A stretch of DNA of 64,000 nt, from IMG/VR virus record IMGVR_UViG_3300014720_002669. The stretch is one strand, 5' to 3'. The notes under the pieces were generated by a model. It was not told where the DNA came from and ran no database searches. It saw nothing but the letters and a program-made list of their open reading frames with translations. The stretch is from a virus. The translations under genes and the position numbers were made by a program. Shown here piece after piece: positions 29,972 to 39,173 of this stretch (its first letter is position 1; every line of letters starts with the position of its first letter).

Positions 29972-31507
29972 ATGCTGATAAACGACTTATTCAACAATAA
30001 CAAACAAGGTGTGGCGGAAGGCAGGTTTGATGAACCACTAACAGGATGGCATATTGTTTATCGTAATTCAGGTAATCCAGTTCATGCTACTCCCAGTTTT
30101 GAAACCAAAGAGCAAGCACAAAAGTATCTAATGACACGAATGTTTGCCAATCACCAAGATTACAAAGTAGTTCATACCGCAGGTGTAGGTGTGGCGGAAG
30201 GTGAAGTCATTCCATTCAAGAGGCCCCAGTCACAGACCGCAGTGTCTTGGCAAAAACTGCCCAAAGATGTATTGACCCTGGCAAATGATTGGTACTGGGC
30301 CGACTACGAAGGTGGTGGATCTGCTGCCATAATGGATCCCAAAGGGCTAGGCAGCGGATTTGCAAATCAAAAAAAATATTTGGGTGCTCAACTGCAACAA
30401 CGAGGATGGGCCATTGACTTTGATGACGAATTTGAAAATGTTGTATTGAAAAACAAGCAAGGTCAAACAATTTTGTTGCCCATTGAGGATGCACAGACTT
30501 TCTCGGGCTGGGCCACGGGCATCAATCTTGTCACAGAGCAAGGTATGGCAGAAGGCAAAGCCGATTACAACTTTGATATTGAGGATTTGAAACGCCTTGA
30601 GCAAATTAGAGATCTAGCAACACTAAAAGCACAAGCATTAGAATTGATCAGTAAACCCAGTGCCAAACCAATGAAACCAGAAAAAGTTGAATGGTTTAGA
30701 AATGCTCTGAATCGCATGGACAGTCCGTTAAAAGTCATAAAGTTAATGTATGATTTGTTGCTCAGTGGCGAAGGAAAAGCCGTGGTCGGATCCAGGTCAT
30801 CAATGAACCCCAACACTTATCGTCAGAGGTTTGGTGAGCAAGGCATTGTGGAAAATCAAGATTGGATGAAAGATTTAGCAGCCAAGGCCGCTGCCATGTC
30901 CAAGCCTGGCACACCATATGTGCCACCAAAGCAAGACGCTGAAAAGGCACGTCGTGATCTCACAGCACGATATCCCAACATTGATGAACTGGTCGCGGCT
31001 GCTGAAAAACGTCGTGATCCCTACTATCAATATGCCGAAGGCCCAGCCTACTATCGGGGCCGCGAAGCCGAACATGAATATCAACGACTGCGACAGATCC
31101 AACGTGTGATTCAAGGTTTGAACGAAATGAACTTTGGCGGTGTAGGCCAAACCACAGATTCAGCCACTGGCGATATAACCACCAGTTTCAATCAAGGTCC
31201 GTTGTCTGTGTCGCAGACCAAAACGCCTGGCGGTTATACAAAACAAACTGATCAACAAGTCAACCTGGGCACAGCAACGCTGGGCGCACGAACGGTTGGA
31301 CCCAACATTGGCGCAGGTCAGTTGGCTGGTACCACAACCAAGACTGCCACAAACAACATTACCGGACAGGCCAAACAACAAGTCAAAGGAGTTGGCTTTG
31401 GTGGTGCCACAGGTGCCACAGTGGGCAAAAACTACGTTGATCAATACAGCGTAAATGAAAACGTGGCACGCATGCAATATCTGGCAGGTATTCGACCAGC
31501 CCGATAA
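29972..31507 (+). CDS. Cassette-built polyprotein with repeated QGVAEG junctions
   Basis: QGVAEG, VGVAEG, QGMAEG, QGIVEN, LNE, VNE; ends RMQYLAGI. Confidence 0.75.
   Translation: MLINDLFNNNKQGVAEGRFDEPLTGWHIVYRNSGNPVHATPSFETKEQAQKYLMTRMFANHQDYKVVHTAGVGVAEGEVIPFKRPQSQTAVSWQKLPKDVLTLANDWYWADYEGGGSAAIMDPKGLGSGFANQKKYLGAQLQQRGWAIDFDDEFENVVLKNKQGQTILLPIEDAQTFSGWATGINLVTEQGMAEGKADYNFDIEDLKRLEQIRDLATLKAQALELISKPSAKPMKPEKVEWFRNALNRMDSPLKVIKLMYDLLLSGEGKAVVGSRSSMNPNTYRQRFGEQGIVENQDWMKDLAAKAAAMSKPGTPYVPPKQDAEKARRDLTARYPNIDELVAAAEKRRDPYYQYAEGPAYYRGREAEHEYQRLRQIQRVIQGLNEMNFGGVGQTTDSATGDITTSFNQGPLSVSQTKTPGGYTKQTDQQVNLGTATLGARTVGPNIGAGQLAGTTTKTATNNITGQAKQQVKGVGFGGATGATVGKNYVDQYSVNENVARMQYLAGIRPAR
30003..30020 (+). 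repeat. 18-bp AACAAGGTGTGGCGGAAG, copy 2; further copies at 30187 (core) and 30536, 30836 (degenerate)
   Basis: Direct reading of the sequence. Confidence 0.85.
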
Positions 31508-31512
31508 CCCAA

Positions 31513-31588
31513 CACACCTCCCTTAAGACCGTGTGGCCCGGCTGCTGGGCAAGCTGAACGATTCGCTACCGTGATGCTTGAAGTGAGC
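31513..31588 (+). ncRNA. Candidate structured RNA (three stems)
   Basis: GC-rich intergenic island: CACAC/GTGTG, GCCC/GGGC, AAGC..ACG/CGT..GCTT. Confidence 0.4.
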
Positions 31589-31598
31589 TAAATTCTAC

Positions 31599-32321
31599 AT
31601 GCAATCAACATTTACATTTGAAGATCTTTATACGTCGCCGGCCATTCCTATGGCTGTCAAGAACCAATCTTTTGTGTTTGATCAGGAGATTGTAAATTTT
31701 GATTATAATTCTTATGGTTATCGCACACACGAATTTGTCAATGTTGGAGAACACATTGCAATTTCTGGATGTAGTTTAACTGAAGGGCATGGATTACATC
31801 TACACCAAACCTGGGCCGCAAAATTTGAAAAGTCAACAAATACTCAGGTGTTCAATCTTGCCAAGGGAAGCAGTTCAGCAGAATTTGTAAGTCAGAATTT
31901 ACAGAATTGGATTAGATCACATACTCCCAAATTTGTTGTGGCTCAGTGGCCAAATCCTTATAGAAGTTTGACTTGGAACAAGTCTTTTGCAAAGTTCAAT
32001 GTGAACTCTGACCATGATGAAATTTATCGTATCAAACTTCGTAATGGTGATGAAAATTTTTACCATGGTTGGTGTAATAGCATTATAATACTAAATTATT
32101 TTTGCCAAAAACACAATATACCTATTGTCAACATGTGCCTTGAATCTTTTGACATGGTCAAACCAGCAATGCCAATTTTAGAAAAATTCAATATCGAATT
32201 GCACTATGATCAAAAAGTTCCCGGGAAGACATGGTTTTTTGACAGTGCGGCACTGGACAAAAGTCATCGCAGTGAATTTTGTAATGAAAAATGGACAGAA
32301 CGACTGCTCACTATCATCTAA
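31599..32321 (+). CDS. SGNH-like hydrolase
   Basis: NSYGYR, SGCSLTEG, NLAKGSSS, DKSH; AT-rich. Confidence 0.6.
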   Translation: MQSTFTFEDLYTSPAIPMAVKNQSFVFDQEIVNFDYNSYGYRTHEFVNVGEHIAISGCSLTEGHGLHLHQTWAAKFEKSTNTQVFNLAKGSSSAEFVSQNLQNWIRSHTPKFVVAQWPNPYRSLTWNKSFAKFNVNSDHDEIYRIKLRNGDENFYHGWCNSIIILNYFCQKHNIPIVNMCLESFDMVKPAMPILEKFNIELHYDQKVPGKTWFFDSAALDKSHRSEFCNEKWTERLLTII

Positions 32322-32373
32322 TGATATTGCGATTGACAAAATCTGTGTTATACTTGTGCTTTAGGAGTACCAC

Positions 32374-32634
32374 ATGGAAAACAAAACATTCAATGGCGAA
32401 CAGAAATTAAAACTCACTCAAATCATAAATGAAGGCATGGCCGTGATGCACGAGATTGACACCCTGCAGGGCGGACTCACAGACACCATAAAGGCCATTG
32501 CAGAAGAATTGGAAATCAAACCTGCTGTGTTGAAAAAGGCCATTAAAGTAGCACACAAAGCCGAATTTGGCCGAGCCAAACAGGATCACGAGTTGTTGGA
32601 GACAATTCTTGAAACCGTGGGCAAGACACTATAA
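32374..32634 (+). CDS. T4 DsbA-like dsDNA-binding protein
   Basis: 86-aa helical protein, IKAIAEELEIKPAVLKKAIK; next to the polymerase. Confidence 0.6.
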   Translation: MENKTFNGEQKLKLTQIINEGMAVMHEIDTLQGGLTDTIKAIAEELEIKPAVLKKAIKVAHKAEFGRAKQDHELLETILETVGKTL

Positions 32635-32709
32635 ATATTGTTTTCAACAGCAACGAGTCGTTCACGTCACGAACATGTAGCAAGGCCGTCCGGCCACAAA
32701 CGGAGACAA
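32630..32709 (+). promoter_or_regulatory. Late promoter plus structured polymerase leader
   Basis: TATAAATA 32630-32637; hairpins GTTC/GAAC and GGCC/GGCC before the CGGAG SD. Confidence 0.45.
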
Positions 32710-35370
32710 ATGAGTTACGTAGACGCACTATTTGATCGTGAGCACGATCGCATTCACGTGGTAGAACGCCGAGACGGTGTTCGCAGATACCAAGAGTATC
32801 CGGCCAATTATGTTTTTTACTACGACGACCCTAGAGGCAAATTTCAGAGCATCTACGGTACGCCTGTGTCAAGATTTTCAACACGCAACAACAAAGAATT
32901 TCGCAAGGAAGTTCGAGCACAAAGCGGTCGGCAGATATATGAATCGGACATAAATCCCATATTCCGATGCTTTGAAGAGAACTACAAAGACCAAGACGCC
33001 CCCACACTGCACACAGCCTTTTTTGATATTGAAGTTGGGTTTGATGCGGTTCGTGGCTTTTCACCTGTGACAGATCCTTTCAATGCCATCACTGCCATAT
33101 CGGTATATCTGAATTGGTTGGAGCAACTTGTGACCCTGGTTGTGGCACCACGCCACATGAGTGAGGAGACTGCTTGTGAGATCTGTGCGGAATTTGAGAA
33201 CACTGTGCTGTGCGAGTCGGAAACAGAAATGTTGAAGATGTTCCTGGATCTCATAGATGATGCAGACATATTGAGTGGATGGAACTCGGAAGGCTATGAC
33301 ATACCATACACAGTGAATCGTATCACTCGAGTTCTCAGCAAAGACGACACCCGACGTTTTTGTTTGTGGGGGCAGTTTCCCAAGAAGCGTGTGTTTGAAC
33401 GCTTTGGTGCTGAGAATGAAACCTATGACTTGGTGGGCCGTGTGCATATGGACTATATGCAACTGTATCGCAAGTACACTTACGAAGAACGCCATTCATA
33501 CAGCCTGGATGCCATTGCCGAGTACGAACTGGGCGAACGCAAAACACAGTTTGAAGGCACCTTGGATCAGTTGTACAATCAACACTTTAAAACCTTTATT
33601 GAATATAACCGGCAAGATACCTTGTTGTTGGATAAGTTGGACAAAAAACTGCGATTCTTGGAACTGGCCAGCGAACTGGCACATGCCAACACAGTGCTGT
33701 TGGCCACCACAATGGGTGCTGTGGCAGTGACCGAACAGGCCATCATCAACGAAGCACACGAACGTGGCATGGTAGTGCCCAACCGCCAACAGCGACTCAC
33801 TGACGAGGACACACAGGCAGCGGGTGCTTATGTGGCATATCCACGCAAGGGCATACACGAATGGATTGGATCGGTAGACATCAATTCATTGTATCCGTCA
33901 GCAATTCGTGCGTTGAACATGGGACCAGAAACCATCATAGGTCAACTGCGCCCCATAATGACTGACCGGTACATCCGAGACAAAATGGCCAAAGGTGATT
34001 CATTTGCGGCTGCATGGGAAGGTGTGTTTGCCAGTCTAGAATACACAGCGGTCATGGAACAGCAACGTGGCACAGAGATCACCATTGACTGGCAGAGTGG
34101 TGAGGAAACTGTACACTCAGGTGCTGAAATTTGGTACATGTTGTTTGACTCAAATCAACCTTGGATCTTGAGTGCAAATGGTACTATATTTACTTATGAA
34201 AAGAAAGGCGTTATCCCAGGCTTGCTGGAACGCTGGTATGCTGAACGCAAAGAAATGCAGGTCAAAAAGAAGGAGGCCAAAGATGCCAAAGAAATCGCTT
34301 TCTGGGATAAACGACAGCTGGTTAAAAAGATTAACCTTAACAGTTTGTATGGTGCTATTCTTAATCCTGGTTGTAGGTTTTTTGACAAGCGAATCGGCCA
34401 ATCCACAACCCTTACTGGTCGAAGCATTGCCCGGCACATGGACGCATATTTGAATGAGTGTATCACAGGCGAATATGACCATGTGGGACAGGCAGTGATT
34501 TATGGTGACACAGACTCATGCTACTTCTCAGCATGGCCTGTGCTCAAACAAGAAGTTGCAGAAGGCCGCATGGCCTGGTCAAAGGAAATTTGCATCCAGT
34601 TGTACGATTCAATTGCTGACCAAGTCAATGACTCATTCCCAGCATTCATGGAACGTGCGTTCCACTGCCCCAGGGACATGGGCAAATTGATCCGGTCCGG
34701 CCGTGAAACAGTGGCAGACCGTGGTTTGTTCATTACAAAGAAACGCTATGCAGTCAACGCCATTGACATTGAAAACAAACGACTGGATGTCAACGGTGCA
34801 ATTGGCAAGACCAAGGCCACTGGCCTGGATTTGAAACGATCAGACACCCCCCGAGTTATTCAAGACTTCTTGTTGGAAATTCTAAATCGAGTGCTGTCTG
34901 GTGCTGAACGTGATGAAATCATCGAACGTGTGCGTGAGTTCAAGTATGAATTCAAAGAGCGACCAGGATGGGAAAAAGGCTCACCCAAGCGTGTGAACAA
35001 CTTGACCAAGTACGGCCGGGAAGAAGAACGCCTGGGCAAAGCCAACATGCCCGGGCATGTACGTGCGGCACTAAACTGGAATAACTTGCGAAGAATGAAT
35101 TCAGATAACTACAGCATGCAGGTGGTTGATGGCATGAAGACCATTGTGTGCAAACTGCGAAGCAATGCCTTGGGTTGGACATCAATTGGTTATCCCACAG
35201 ACGAAATGCACCTGCCACAGTGGTTCAAGGACTTGCCTTTTGATGACGCAGAAATGGAAGCCACTGTGGTGGATCAAAAGATTGACAACTTGTTGGGTGT
35301 GTTGGATTGGGATTTGGCCGCTGCCACCAACACAGAAAACACATTTACTGCACTATTTTCTTTTGAATGA
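32710..35370 (+). CDS. Family B DNA polymerase (gp43-like)
   Basis: FDIE exonuclease, WNSEGYDIPY, YNRQD, DINSLYPS, KINLNSLYG, YGDTDS, KKRY; uninterrupted. Confidence 0.97.
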   Translation: MSYVDALFDREHDRIHVVERRDGVRRYQEYPANYVFYYDDPRGKFQSIYGTPVSRFSTRNNKEFRKEVRAQSGRQIYESDINPIFRCFEENYKDQDAPTLHTAFFDIEVGFDAVRGFSPVTDPFNAITAISVYLNWLEQLVTLVVAPRHMSEETACEICAEFENTVLCESETEMLKMFLDLIDDADILSGWNSEGYDIPYTVNRITRVLSKDDTRRFCLWGQFPKKRVFERFGAENETYDLVGRVHMDYMQLYRKYTYEERHSYSLDAIAEYELGERKTQFEGTLDQLYNQHFKTFIEYNRQDTLLLDKLDKKLRFLELASELAHANTVLLATTMGAVAVTEQAIINEAHERGMVVPNRQQRLTDEDTQAAGAYVAYPRKGIHEWIGSVDINSLYPSAIRALNMGPETIIGQLRPIMTDRYIRDKMAKGDSFAAAWEGVFASLEYTAVMEQQRGTEITIDWQSGEETVHSGAEIWYMLFDSNQPWILSANGTIFTYEKKGVIPGLLERWYAERKEMQVKKKEAKDAKEIAFWDKRQLVKKINLNSLYGAILNPGCRFFDKRIGQSTTLTGRSIARHMDAYLNECITGEYDHVGQAVIYGDTDSCYFSAWPVLKQEVAEGRMAWSKEICIQLYDSIADQVNDSFPAFMERAFHCPRDMGKLIRSGRETVADRGLFITKKRYAVNAIDIENKRLDVNGAIGKTKATGLDLKRSDTPRVIQDFLLEILNRVLSGAERDEIIERVREFKYEFKERPGWEKGSPKRVNNLTKYGREEERLGKANMPGHVRAALNWNNLRRMNSDNYSMQVVDGMKTIVCKLRSNALGWTSIGYPTDEMHLPQWFKDLPFDDAEMEATVVDQKIDNLLGVLDWDLAAATNTENTFTALFSFE

Positions 35371-36308
35371 AACTCAGCGATTTAATATCTTATTTGAATC
35401 TTTTGGAACAGCCGGATTATACACCTGAGTATGGTCAGGCTGTTAGACAACTACAGTCGTTGAGTATGTCTGTTGCACGAGCTCATGTGCAACTTGATTC
35501 TTTCACGGCTGACATGGAATTCAATGTCAGTGCTGTGATCAATGCCTTTGACAATGTGCAGGCCACACTGGATGCACTCAAGGCACGACTGCGTGAACTA
35601 ATAGCACAAAAAGAACCCAAACAATACAAGGCCAGCACAGTGTTGTACGAGCAAGGCATGTTGAATGAATCTCCAGAGTACATTTTTGAACGTAAGCTGG
35701 GCATTGATGATCAAAGCAACATCTTGCTTCGTAGCAGGCTGCGCAACTACAGTGACTGGAGATTGCCCGGCATGATCATACGCCCAGGTCCAGAAACGTT
35801 CATTGAAGATTTGGTACCGTTGGATCCACTGTATCTGGTGGATCAACACCAAGCACTGTTGGACCCAGCCATCTCAGCATTTACTTTGGAATATCAAAGA
35901 CGTCTACGTCCATATGTGATTGATGACCGAAGAGACGGCATGCCATTATGGCAGTTACCCAATGAACAATTTGGAATGATTTTTGCCTATAATTATTTCA
36001 ATTATCGGCCCATTGAAGTTGTAAAACGCTATCTTGCTGATGCGTATTCCAAACTGCGACCCGGCGGCGTGTTTATATTCACGTTCAATGATTGTGATCG
36101 AGGACATGGAGCCGCACTCAGCGAAAAATTCTTCATGTGCTACACTCCGGGTCATGCTGTTGCTGCCGCAGCAGAACGTGAAGGCTACGAGATCATGAAT
36201 CTACATCATGGGCATGGTGATTTGTCTTGGTTTGAACTGAAAAAACCTGGATCCATAAAAAGCATTCGCGGCGGGCAGAGCCTGGCCAAAATAGTTGCAA
36301 CACAGTAA
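35367..36308 (+). CDS. Coiled coil + class I SAM methyltransferase-like domain
   Basis: IRPG, YNYFNY, KLRPGGVFIF. Confidence 0.6.
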   Translation: MKLSDLISYLNLLEQPDYTPEYGQAVRQLQSLSMSVARAHVQLDSFTADMEFNVSAVINAFDNVQATLDALKARLRELIAQKEPKQYKASTVLYEQGMLNESPEYIFERKLGIDDQSNILLRSRLRNYSDWRLPGMIIRPGPETFIEDLVPLDPLYLVDQHQALLDPAISAFTLEYQRRLRPYVIDDRRDGMPLWQLPNEQFGMIFAYNYFNYRPIEVVKRYLADAYSKLRPGGVFIFTFNDCDRGHGAALSEKFFMCYTPGHAVAAAAEREGYEIMNLHHGHGDLSWFELKKPGSIKSIRGGQSLAKIVATQ

Positions 36309-36323
36309 AAAAATCTATATAAT
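36295..36323 (+). promoter_or_regulatory. sigma70 promoter
   Basis: TTGCAA-17 nt-TATAAT. Confidence 0.7.
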
Positions 36324-36343
36324 CACACAACATAGGAGTAAGC

Positions 36344-37066
36344 ATGAGAGATTATCTTAAAGACTTGGTAGAACACACACACGATCTTGGCTGCATTGAC
36401 TTGATCAAAATCACTGGAGACGACAAAGGCACAGCTATTGTGGGTGTGGCAGAAGACTTGTCAGTGGTTTTAGAAGGTGAGTTTAAAAACCCACACGTAG
36501 ATTTTATTGGCACATTTGGAATGCCCAATTTGAACAAACTAAAAATCTTGTTGAACTTGCAAGAGTACCGAGAGAATGCCAAACTCAAACTGACCAAAAA
36601 AGCCACAGGCGCACCTGATGGTATTGAGTTTGAAAATGCCACTGGAGACTTCCGCAACACCTATCGTTTCATGGCAGCAGAAATTGTGAACGACAAACTC
36701 AAAACCCCCAAGTTCAAAGGTGTGACCTGGCACATTGAATTCGAACCCACTGTGGCTGCTATTCAGCGACTGCGCATGCAAGCACAGGCCAATGCCGAAG
36801 AGCCCAACTTTCAAGCCCGGACCGAAAATGGCGACTTGAAGTTTTTCTTTGGTGATCATTCAACACACGCTGGTAACTTTGTGTTCCACTCAGGTGTGAA
36901 TGGTCAACTCAAACGTGCTTGGTCCTGGCCGGCTCAACAATTCATGGCCATCATGGCATTGACTGGGGACAAAACTATTCGCATCTCAGATGATGGTGCT
37001 GCCAAGATCACCGTGGATTCGGGCGTGGCTGTTTACAACTACATTTTACCAGCACAAAGCAAGTGA
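36344..37066 (+). CDS. Probable sliding clamp (gp45-like)
   Basis: 240 aa, FGMPNLNKL, C-terminal YNYILPA; beside the polymerase. Confidence 0.65.
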   Translation: MRDYLKDLVEHTHDLGCIDLIKITGDDKGTAIVGVAEDLSVVLEGEFKNPHVDFIGTFGMPNLNKLKILLNLQEYRENAKLKLTKKATGAPDGIEFENATGDFRNTYRFMAAEIVNDKLKTPKFKGVTWHIEFEPTVAAIQRLRMQAQANAEEPNFQARTENGDLKFFFGDHSTHAGNFVFHSGVNGQLKRAWSWPAQQFMAIMALTGDKTIRISDDGAAKITVDSGVAVYNYILPAQSK

Positions 37067-38679
37067 GCCAAGACAATTTAACTGCCAAACAAACTGGTCC
37101 AGATGGTCGCAGCCAATGGGCTGTGTTCCTTCCAGCAATCTCTGGTTTCTATGCCACGTTTGTGGGCAAGCAACGCAATGAGCACTACGTAGATCCTGCA
37201 AGGTTTCCGCAAGGGTTGACTGATATGGAACAGATTAACTGGCTTAATAGTCAGAAAGCATTGTTTCCATACCGGTGGTCATTGTATTCAGGCGGTCATG
37301 CCAACTTGGATTTGACCAAACAAGATTGGTCAGAAGACATGGTTCGCAATCGCGAGCCAGGCACGTTCATGCTGGGAGATTCTGGTGGATTTCAGATAGC
37401 CAAAGGCCTGTGGGAAGGCGACTGGCGGGCCAATTCAGGTTGTGCCAAAGCTGAAAAGAAACGCAGTAGTATTTTGAAGTGGCTGGACACAATCAGCGAC
37501 TACGGCATGATCCTTGATATCCCTACCTGGGTTATTCATGACAAGAAAGCCAGCAATGCTTGCGGTATCAAGACACTGGAAGAAGCCGTTGATGCTACCA
37601 AGTTCAACAACGAATACTTCATGGCTCACCGTCGGGGCAAAAACAATGGCGGTGCCCGATTCTTGAACGTGTTACAAGGTGACAATCACACATCGGCAGA
37701 AACATGGTATCAAACCATGAAGCAGTACTGTGACCCTGTGCAGTATCCAGACACACACTTTGATGGCTGGGCTATGGGTGGTCAGAACATGTGTGATGTG
37801 CATTTGGTACTCAAGCGACTGATTGCACTGAAATATGATGGATTGTTACAAGAAGGCACACATGACTGGATGCACTTTTTGGGTACAAGCAAGTTGGAAT
37901 GGGCTGTGCTACTCACCGTGATTCAAAGGGCAGTTAGAAAATACGCTAATCCCGCATTTACGATCTCCTTTGATTGTGCCAGTCCATTCCTCGCTACTGC
38001 CAATGGACAGGTGTACTTTGCAAATGTGTTTGAACATGATAGCAAATGGTCGTATCGCATGGCACCGTCAGCAGATGACAAGAAGTATGCCACAGACACA
38101 CGCAAATGGTCGGCGGGTGTGGTAGCAGATGGTGTGTATGATCGTTGGGAAGATAGTCCAATCAGTGACATGCTCAAGATGAAAGATATTTGTATCTATC
38201 GAGCAGGTACGCCCAAACCAGGTGTTGTTCTTACAGAAGAAAACTTCAAAGACCCTGACTTGTATGATGTGCTGCCAGATGTCAACAAGAATGGCAAGTG
38301 GGGCAAGACATCATGGGATTCGTTCTCATATGCACTGCTGATGGGCCATAATGTCTGGATGCATTTGATCGCTGTGCAAGAAGCCAACAGACGCTTTGAT
38401 GCAGGAGAACACCCTGCCATGATGCGCCGTAGTACAGGGGATTATGCCAAGTTTGAAGACATTGTGGAAGCCATATTTGCCGCTCCCACACGTGAAGATT
38501 CAGAAGCCATCATTGAATACTATGATGACTACTGGATGGAGATTGTGGGCACCCGTGGATTCAAAGGCAAGAAAGCCAAGAACGCACGTACACAATTCAA
38601 TGCACTGTTTGAATACGAACAAACTGAACAAGAAGATTTTGATTCTAGTAAACTTGACAAGTTGGAGACCACAACATGA
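37063..38679 (+). CDS. dpdA: tRNA-guanine transglycosylase-like DNA 7-deazaguanine transglycosylase (DpdA-like)
   Basis: LGDSGGFQ, MILDIP, NVLQG, GWAMGG, HFLG, SFDCAS; co-located with folE/queD/queE. Confidence 0.8.
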   Translation: MSQDNLTAKQTGPDGRSQWAVFLPAISGFYATFVGKQRNEHYVDPARFPQGLTDMEQINWLNSQKALFPYRWSLYSGGHANLDLTKQDWSEDMVRNREPGTFMLGDSGGFQIAKGLWEGDWRANSGCAKAEKKRSSILKWLDTISDYGMILDIPTWVIHDKKASNACGIKTLEEAVDATKFNNEYFMAHRRGKNNGGARFLNVLQGDNHTSAETWYQTMKQYCDPVQYPDTHFDGWAMGGQNMCDVHLVLKRLIALKYDGLLQEGTHDWMHFLGTSKLEWAVLLTVIQRAVRKYANPAFTISFDCASPFLATANGQVYFANVFEHDSKWSYRMAPSADDKKYATDTRKWSAGVVADGVYDRWEDSPISDMLKMKDICIYRAGTPKPGVVLTEENFKDPDLYDVLPDVNKNGKWGKTSWDSFSYALLMGHNVWMHLIAVQEANRRFDAGEHPAMMRRSTGDYAKFEDIVEAIFAAPTREDSEAIIEYYDDYWMEIVGTRGFKGKKAKNARTQFNALFEYEQTEQEDFDSSKLDKLETTT

Positions 38680-39173
38680 ATAGAGCAGGACATGCAGAAG
38701 TTGATTTCTTTACAGGTACAGAAGTAGAACGCACTCCGGCATTTGGAAAAACTACATTGTTTGTGGTAGGGGTACAGTCCATCGATAACATTGCTGCCAA
38801 AATGGCAGGTTGTGAGCACATCTTCTTTGGTGCCAACCACAGTTTCGATCCCAAGTCGCCCGAAGAGTGGCGCAGGTGGGAAAGCATGATCACACCCTTT
38901 TTAGAAAGTGGTTATCTTTGTACACTGGACATTCCAATTGGGGCAGTGGAACAGTTCAATGATGGCAGTTTATGTGAATACCGCAACTTCATTCCGCAGA
39001 TTCGAGTAAGTGTACCGTATACACGACTGTGGAATTATAATACAATGTTAAAAATAGATGACAAGGACTTTGACGCAACCAATCCCGGCGTCTGGTGCCA
39101 CAGTCTACACAGCCTCATGAGCCGTGAGACATTTACTTCGTGGGATGATTACAAAGGGGATACACCACTATGA
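38676..39173 (+). CDS. Hypothetical protein coupled to dpdA
   Basis: ATGA overlap; HIFFGANHSF, KIDDKDF. Confidence 0.7.
   Translation: MNRAGHAEVDFFTGTEVERTPAFGKTTLFVVGVQSIDNIAAKMAGCEHIFFGANHSFDPKSPEEWRRWESMITPFLESGYLCTLDIPIGAVEQFNDGSLCEYRNFIPQIRVSVPYTRLWNYNTMLKIDDKDFDATNPGVWCHSLHSLMSRETFTSWDDYKGDTPL

Noticed and set aside
3557-30860. QGVAE repeats as a CRISPR array or DGR template/variable repeat
   Set aside because: Copies are in-frame, irregularly spaced by hundreds of bp or more, with no cas or reverse transcriptase gene and no adenine-specific mismatch pattern
31513-31588. tRNA or known ribozyme
   Set aside because: No acceptor stem, TTC-GAA T-loop geometry or CCA; no hammerhead CUGANGA/GAAA core recognised
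32333-32354. TTGACA as the -35 for TATACT
   Set aside because: Spacing is only 10 nt; at best an extended -10 or TTGCGA-16 promoter
32638-32709. N-terminal extension of the polymerase from TTG 32638
   Set aside because: The TTG directly abuts the promoter; the SD supports ATG 32710
32710-35370. Intein or intron in the polymerase
   Set aside because: All motifs are contiguous, length is normal, and no C...HN splice signature is present
37063-38679. Host-type tRNA TGT for queuosine
   Set aside because: Lacks the CxCxxC zinc motif, is much longer, and is coupled to replication genes, so a DNA-directed role is preferred though unproven
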